Below the pieces are notes generated by a model that was given only the letters and a program-made list of their open reading frames with translations, ran no database searches and was not told where the DNA came from. From NCBI GenBank assembly GCA_039586795.1, contig JBDHJS010000034.1, positions 1 through 64,000 of the forward strand: DNA of 64,000 nt, written 5' to 3'. The translations under genes and the position numbers were made by a program. Below are positions 59,404 to 64,000 of the stretch, piece by piece; the stretch's first letter is position 1, and each line of letters begins with the position of its first letter. Source of the stretch: Gemmatimonadota bacterium. GTDB taxonomy: Bacteria; Gemmatimonadota; Gemmatimonadetes; Palauibacterales; KS3-K002.

Positions 59404-59973
59404 CTACGGCTCGGCGGGTCCCCTCTGCTGAGTCAACTGGAAATCCTGGTGGGAGAATCCCTGCTCGTACAGAAGCGCCAGTATCCGATCCAGGCTGGCG
59501 TCGTCGAGCGCGTGGCTGCGAGCCAGCACCCAGCCGTACTTACGGTCCGGCGACCCGACGATGACCCACTGGTAATCCTCATCTAATTCCATGATCCAGT
59601 AGTCGCCCCAAATCGGCCGCCAGCCCAGAACGCTGAAGAAGCTCACTTTGAGCTTTGAGTTCGTTGCTGCGTCCTCGATGCGAGCCAGCCCTTTCGCCTC
59701 ATCCAGCTTCCCGTCGCTCTTGTAGCAACGGTTGATGACGTCGATCCTGCCGTCGTCGCGCAGCGAATACTCAGCTGTCACGCCCCAAACGCATTGGTCC
59801 TGGAATCCATTCGGTATCCTGGCGATCTCGTACCAGGTCCCGGCATAGCGTGAAAGATCTACGTATGCTACTGTCGTCGGCGGGGCCTGCTCCTGGGCAG
59901 GGGCCTTTTCCGTATACGTGACACAAGCTGCCACCACTACTGCGCCGACAAACACAGCCTCTTGCAATCGCAT
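59404..59973 (-). CDS. blc: Bacterial lipocalin (Blc-like) lipoprotein
   Basis: Lipobox VAA-C; VDLSRYAGTWYEIAR, KLKVSF, GDYWI..LD.DY, WVLAR. Confidence 0.9.
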   Translation of the reverse strand: MRLQEAVFVGAVVVAACVTYTEKAPAQEQAPPTTVAYVDLSRYAGTWYEIARIPNGFQDQCVWGVTAEYSLRDDGRIDVINRCYKSDGKLDEAKGLARIEDAATNSKLKVSFFSVLGWRPIWGDYWIMELDEDYQWVIVGSPDRKYGWVLARSHALDDASLDRILALLYEQGFSHQDFQLTQQRGPAEP

Positions 59974-60082
59974 CGATTCAGTCCTTAGTTGCGGTTTCAT
60001 CGCTCGCGTGCGAGTGTATCCAGTTGCGATGATCACAGACTAACGCGTTCGGGGGTCCGCGTGATCCCGATTCCCAAGGGCC

Positions 60083-60108
60083 GAAACCGCCGATCGAAGG
60101 CCGCCGTA
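60083..60108 (+). promoter_or_regulatory. Putative ECF-sigma promoter
   Basis: GAAAC-N17-CGTA upstream of the ADOP permease. Confidence 0.35.
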
Positions 60109-60152
60109 GTGGGAAGCGCGACGCCCCGTTAGACCAAGGAATACGAGAAATC

Positions 60153-62624
60153 ATGGATCAGCTCTTCCACGACGTGAAGTTCGGGCTCAAACTCCTTTGG
60201 AAGGAGAAGGCGCTCAGCCTGACCGTGCTGTTGACCCTGGCCGTATGCGTTGGCGCGAATACGGCAATCTTCAGCGTCGTCAACACCGTGCTCCTAGATC
60301 CGCTCCCCTTCGCGGAGCCGGACCGCCTGGTCCGGGTGTTCAACAGCTACCCGAATGCCGGAGCGGAGCGGGCTTCAAACGCCGCCCCTGACTACTTCTA
60401 CCGCCGCGAACGTGTGGAAGCGTTCCATAACGTGGCGGTCTATCAGCCCTGGGGCCATACCGTCGGCGAGGCTGGAAGCCCCGAGCAACTGCTGAGCATG
60501 CGTGTTACTCCATCTTTCCTCCCGACCCTCGGAGTCAGTCCGCTCCTCGGGCGGAACTTCAGCGAGGAGGAGATGGACGTCGGGAACGAACAGGTCGTGA
60601 TTCTCGACTACGGCTTCTGGCAGGAGCGCTACGCCGGCGATCCGGGCGCTCTTGGGCAGAGCCTTCGCATCAACGGTCTTCCCTACACAATCATCGGCGT
60701 GCTCCCCGAGTTCTACAACTTCCTCGGTCAGCGTGAATCGCGATTCTACGTGCCGATTCCATTTTCGCCGGAAGATCGAACGCCCGAGCAGCTGCACAGC
60801 AACAGTTACCAGATGATCGCACGACTGGCCCCCGGCGCCACGATCGAACAGGCCGTGGCCCAGATCGACGTGCTCAACGCAGAATTGACCGAGCTCATCC
60901 CGGTCCCCAATATCGCCCAGATGTTGGCCGACGTCGGTTACCACGTTCGGGTCGTCAACCTGCAGCAGGATCTGGTGCGCGACATCCGGCCCACCTTCAT
61001 CATGCTCTGGGTCGGCGTCGCGTTCGTGTTGCTCATCGGATGTCTCAACATCATCAACCTGATGCTGGCTCGGTCGAACGTCCGCCTGCGCGAGATCGCG
61101 ACCCGCATCGCCGTAGGCGCCGACCGGGCGCGCATCGGCCGTCAAATGCTCACCGAGGCGGTATTGGTCGCCGTGATCGGCGGCCTTCTCGGTCTGGTGG
61201 TTGGCGCGGGCGGACTGCAACTGCTGGATACGCTCGGTGTCGAAGATCTGCCCCGCGGTGCCCAGGTCGGTATCGATAGTACGGTCGTCGCGTTTACGCT
61301 GGGCATCGCCATTATCGCTGGTATACTGTTCGGCCTGCTCCCACTGATCCACATCTTCCGCTCCGATCTGAACGCGGTCTTCCGATCCGAGAGCCGCACC
61401 GGGTCGGCCAGCCGCGGCGCGGTGATGCTCCGCAGCGCTCTGGTCACCGGACAAGTCGCCATCGCGTTCATCTTGCTGATCGGGGCCGGGTTGATGTTTG
61501 CCAGTCTGCGCGCCGCGCTGAACGAGGACGCGGGCTTTGAGCCAAGCTCCATATTGACCGGCTTCGTCTCGTTACCCGACGCGCGCTACCCCGACGACGT
61601 CGAGCGCGGCCAGTTCATCGACGAGATGCTTCGCGACATAAAGGCGCTGCCCGGAGTGACGGCCGCCAGCATCACGACGCAGCTACCGTTTGGCGGCAGC
61701 AACAGCTCCACCGTCATCCTGCCCGAGGGATACGTCCCGGAGGCCGGCGAGTCGTTGCTTGCGCCGCTAAGAACGGCGGTCGGCCCCGACTACTTTGAGA
61801 CGCTGGGCATCCCGCTCATCGCCGGTCGCTTCTTCGATGAGAGCGATACCGATGAAACGATGAACGTCATCATTCTCGACGAGTGGTTGGCCCACCGCTA
61901 TTTCCCGGACGAGAGTCCCCTGGGTCGGCGCATGCTGGTGGGAGCCGTGCCTGGCTCCGAAGAAGCAACGGAAGAAGAGAATCTATTCACCGTTATTGGC
62001 GTCGTCGGACAGATCAAACACAACGACCTCACCGAGAGCGAGCACGTCGGCGCCTACTACTTCACCTACAAGCAGGCCGTCCCCGCATTCATGACCCTGA
62101 CCGTGAGAACGGCGGTGGAGCCGACCAGCCTGACCCAGCCCATCCGAACCGCCGTCGCCGGGATCGATCCGGACATGCCGTTCTTCTACCCCGAGACGCT
62201 GGACGAGCGTATCGCCGAGTCACTGGCAACTCGTCGAACGCCGATGCTCTTGCTCATGATCTTCGCCGGCGTGGCCCTCTTTCTCGCCGCCGTGGGCATC
62301 TACGGCGTGCTCGCCTACACCGTCACGCAGCGCACCCGTGAGCTGGGGATTCGCATGGCGCTGGGCAGCAGCCCCGATAAGGTCTTTCACCTCGTCATAA
62401 GGCAGGGACTCCGGGTCGTAGTGATTGGCCTGGTGATCGGCGCTCTCGGGAGCCTCGGACTGGTGCAGCTCATACAGGCGCTGCTTTACGGTGTGAGTCC
62501 GACGAACCCCATCGTGCTTCTCAGCGTGGCCGCGTTGCTGGCGGCCGCCGGTATCGTCGCGTGCCTGCTTCCGGCACGACGCGCGACCCGGATCGATCCG
62601 GTTGTGGCCTTGAACACGGAGTAG
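60153..62624 (+). CDS. ABC-type permease, duplicated MacB/FtsX (ADOP-like)
   Basis: DVKFGLKLL, TLAVCVGANTAIFSVV, LLIGCLNI.NL.LAR...REIA.R.AVGA, GIYGV.AY.V.QRTRE.GIRMALG, PARRATRIDP. Confidence 0.95.
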   Translation: MDQLFHDVKFGLKLLWKEKALSLTVLLTLAVCVGANTAIFSVVNTVLLDPLPFAEPDRLVRVFNSYPNAGAERASNAAPDYFYRRERVEAFHNVAVYQPWGHTVGEAGSPEQLLSMRVTPSFLPTLGVSPLLGRNFSEEEMDVGNEQVVILDYGFWQERYAGDPGALGQSLRINGLPYTIIGVLPEFYNFLGQRESRFYVPIPFSPEDRTPEQLHSNSYQMIARLAPGATIEQAVAQIDVLNAELTELIPVPNIAQMLADVGYHVRVVNLQQDLVRDIRPTFIMLWVGVAFVLLIGCLNIINLMLARSNVRLREIATRIAVGADRARIGRQMLTEAVLVAVIGGLLGLVVGAGGLQLLDTLGVEDLPRGAQVGIDSTVVAFTLGIAIIAGILFGLLPLIHIFRSDLNAVFRSESRTGSASRGAVMLRSALVTGQVAIAFILLIGAGLMFASLRAALNEDAGFEPSSILTGFVSLPDARYPDDVERGQFIDEMLRDIKALPGVTAASITTQLPFGGSNSSTVILPEGYVPEAGESLLAPLRTAVGPDYFETLGIPLIAGRFFDESDTDETMNVIILDEWLAHRYFPDESPLGRRMLVGAVPGSEEATEEENLFTVIGVVGQIKHNDLTESEHVGAYYFTYKQAVPAFMTLTVRTAVEPTSLTQPIRTAVAGIDPDMPFFYPETLDERIAESLATRRTPMLLLMIFAGVALFLAAVGIYGVLAYTVTQRTRELGIRMALGSSPDKVFHLVIRQGLRVVVIGLVIGALGSLGLVQLIQALLYGVSPTNPIVLLSVAALLAAAGIVACLLPARRATRIDPVVALNTE

Positions 62625-62663
62625 CGGGAACGAATAACACTCCAGCAGCTAGGGTGGCAGCCT

Positions 62664-63230
62664 ATGGAACCCGTCACCTACTCGATCTCCGCATTAGCGG
62701 TGCTGGGCATCGCATTCATCGTCTTCCGGATTCTGGTGCGCCGTGATTACCAGCGGTCAGGCCGGCTGACTTTGCTCTCCACTCTTCTCGAATACCTGGC
62801 GATCTTCGCCTGGGTCGCCCACGGTTGGCTGAACCGCCCCAGCGACTGGCCGGCAATTCACGTCGGCCCGGTCCTCGAGGTTGCCGGTTGGACTCTGTTT
62901 ATTGGTGGATTCGGACTCGTGCTGATTGGCATCGCCTGGCTGGGCATCCGCCGCTCACATGGTCTTCAGGTCAACAGTCTGAAGCAGACCGGCCTCTACG
63001 CCGCGAGTCGAAATCCGCAGGTCGTCGTGTTCGTCCTTGGCATCATCGGCTACACGATACTCTGGCCATCCTGGCGCAATGTCGGAGTCGTGGTGCTCGC
63101 CGCGTTGCTCAGCCACATGATGGTGCTCTCCGAGGAGGAGCACCTGAGCGATGTATTCGGCGCGGAGTATGATCGGTACCGCGCAACGGTTCCGCGCTAT
63201 CTGGGTTTTAAGCCCCAGCGCGACGCCTAA
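62664..63230 (+). CDS. Isoprenylcysteine carboxyl methyltransferase/PEMT-family membrane protein
   Basis: TGLYAASRNPQ, EEEHL..FGAEYDRYRATVPR. Confidence 0.85.
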   Translation: MEPVTYSISALAVLGIAFIVFRILVRRDYQRSGRLTLLSTLLEYLAIFAWVAHGWLNRPSDWPAIHVGPVLEVAGWTLFIGGFGLVLIGIAWLGIRRSHGLQVNSLKQTGLYAASRNPQVVVFVLGIIGYTILWPSWRNVGVVVLAALLSHMMVLSEEEHLSDVFGAEYDRYRATVPRYLGFKPQRDA

Positions 63231-63288
63231 CAATGCAAGGTATAGTATCACTATCTCCTTATCATCATTGGCTTTTGCCCCGATTTGT

Positions 63289-63315
63289 TGCAACCTTGTT
63301 GCCTGTCCGACCGTC
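63289..63315 (+). promoter_or_regulatory. Putative ECF-sigma promoter
   Basis: TGCAAC-N17-CGTC upstream of the second ADOP permease. Confidence 0.4.
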
Positions 63316-63400
63316 CAACCTTATGATTGGCCAATAGAAGACAGGGAGTCGCCCTTTTGCCGCCCAACCAGCGCCGCGTACGGGAATCAAGGAGTACCCC

Positions 63401-64000
63401 ATGCTGACCTCGATCATCCAAGACGCTCGGTTCGCGTTGCGGACACTCTGGCGCGAACCCGGCTGGACCATCGCCGCAGTCTGCACGCTGGCGTTGGCAG
63501 CCGGCGCGACGACGGCGGTCTTCAGCGTTGTCAACGCCGTGGTATTCCGTCCACTTGGCTACCCTGACGCCAGCCGGGTCGTCGTTTTGGAGTTCGAGCC
63601 TTCCGAGGACAGCGTCCGGGCGGCGTGGGCTACGCTATCCGAACGCGACCGGCTACACCGCCAATCCAGCGTTAACTACGCCACATACGAAGTGTGGCGA
63701 CAGGCGATCGGGGACGAGCTGGAGGGCGTGGCAGCCTACGATGATGCTTGGGACTACAGCGTTCGCCTGGAGGGTGGAACGGAGCGATTTCGGGGAGCCT
63801 TCGTTTCGGCGCACCTGTTTTCGCTGCTGCGAACGAATCCGATAGCGGGACGCAGTTTCACAGAGTCGGACGATGTTCCCGGCTCCCCAGGCACGGCCAT
63901 CCTGAGCTATGAGCTGTGGCAGAGTCGTCTGGGTGGGACCCCAGAGGCGATCGGAAGGGCCATCACGATAAACGAGCTACCGTACACTGTCGTCGGCGTC
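63401..64000 (+). CDS. ABC-type permease, ADOP-like (3' end runs off the window)
   Basis: Not in the ORF track. AAGGAG SD; MLTSIIQDARFALRTLWREPG..IAAVCTLALAAGATTAVFSVVNAV...GRSF...ILSYELWQSRLG. Confidence 0.93.
   Translation, partial: MLTSIIQDARFALRTLWREPGWTIAAVCTLALAAGATTAVFSVVNAVVFRPLGYPDASRVVVLEFEPSEDSVRAAWATLSERDRLHRQSSVNYATYEVWRQAIGDELEGVAAYDDAWDYSVRLEGGTERFRGAFVSAHLFSLLRTNPIAGRSFTESDDVPGSPGTAILSYELWQSRLGGTPEAIGRAITINELPYTVVGV

Overview
GC-rich bacterial chromosome segment, most likely Gemmatimonadota or a similar lineage. This is inferred from gene-family content: ADOP-type orphan permeases, kinase-TolB-TPR proteins, an ECF/Ser-Thr kinase pair and an M6 protease with a C-terminal Ca-loop motif. 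1-13.6 kb is a Wzx-type surface-glycan locus with a PglF/E/D/C-like bacillosamine module whose acetyltransferase is broken by an internal deletion. Most of the rest is protein/peptide scavenging and amino-acid catabolism: S9B, S9C, S46, S8 and M6 peptidases, CstA, LhgO, ALDH7, and a KamA-family radical SAM gene divergent from a gdh-vor-ald-CoA transferase-tdh cluster, plus signalling genes. I saw no tRNA, rRNA, CRISPR array or transposase. Best candidates for undescribed biology: (i) the 29.9-39.7 kb island, where the aminomutase and the alanine-dehydrogenase-like protein both appear to have non-canonical active-site residues; (ii) an unannotatable polytopic membrane protein + MIDAS/vWA lipoprotein operon with a strong promoter and leader hairpin; (iii) a possible sigma54-driven structured non-coding RNA at 13.6-14.0 kb; (iv) heptamer-periodic palindromic intergenic elements; (v) a barrel-lipoprotein-M6 protease operon. 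All family assignments come from motif recognition by eye, not database searches.
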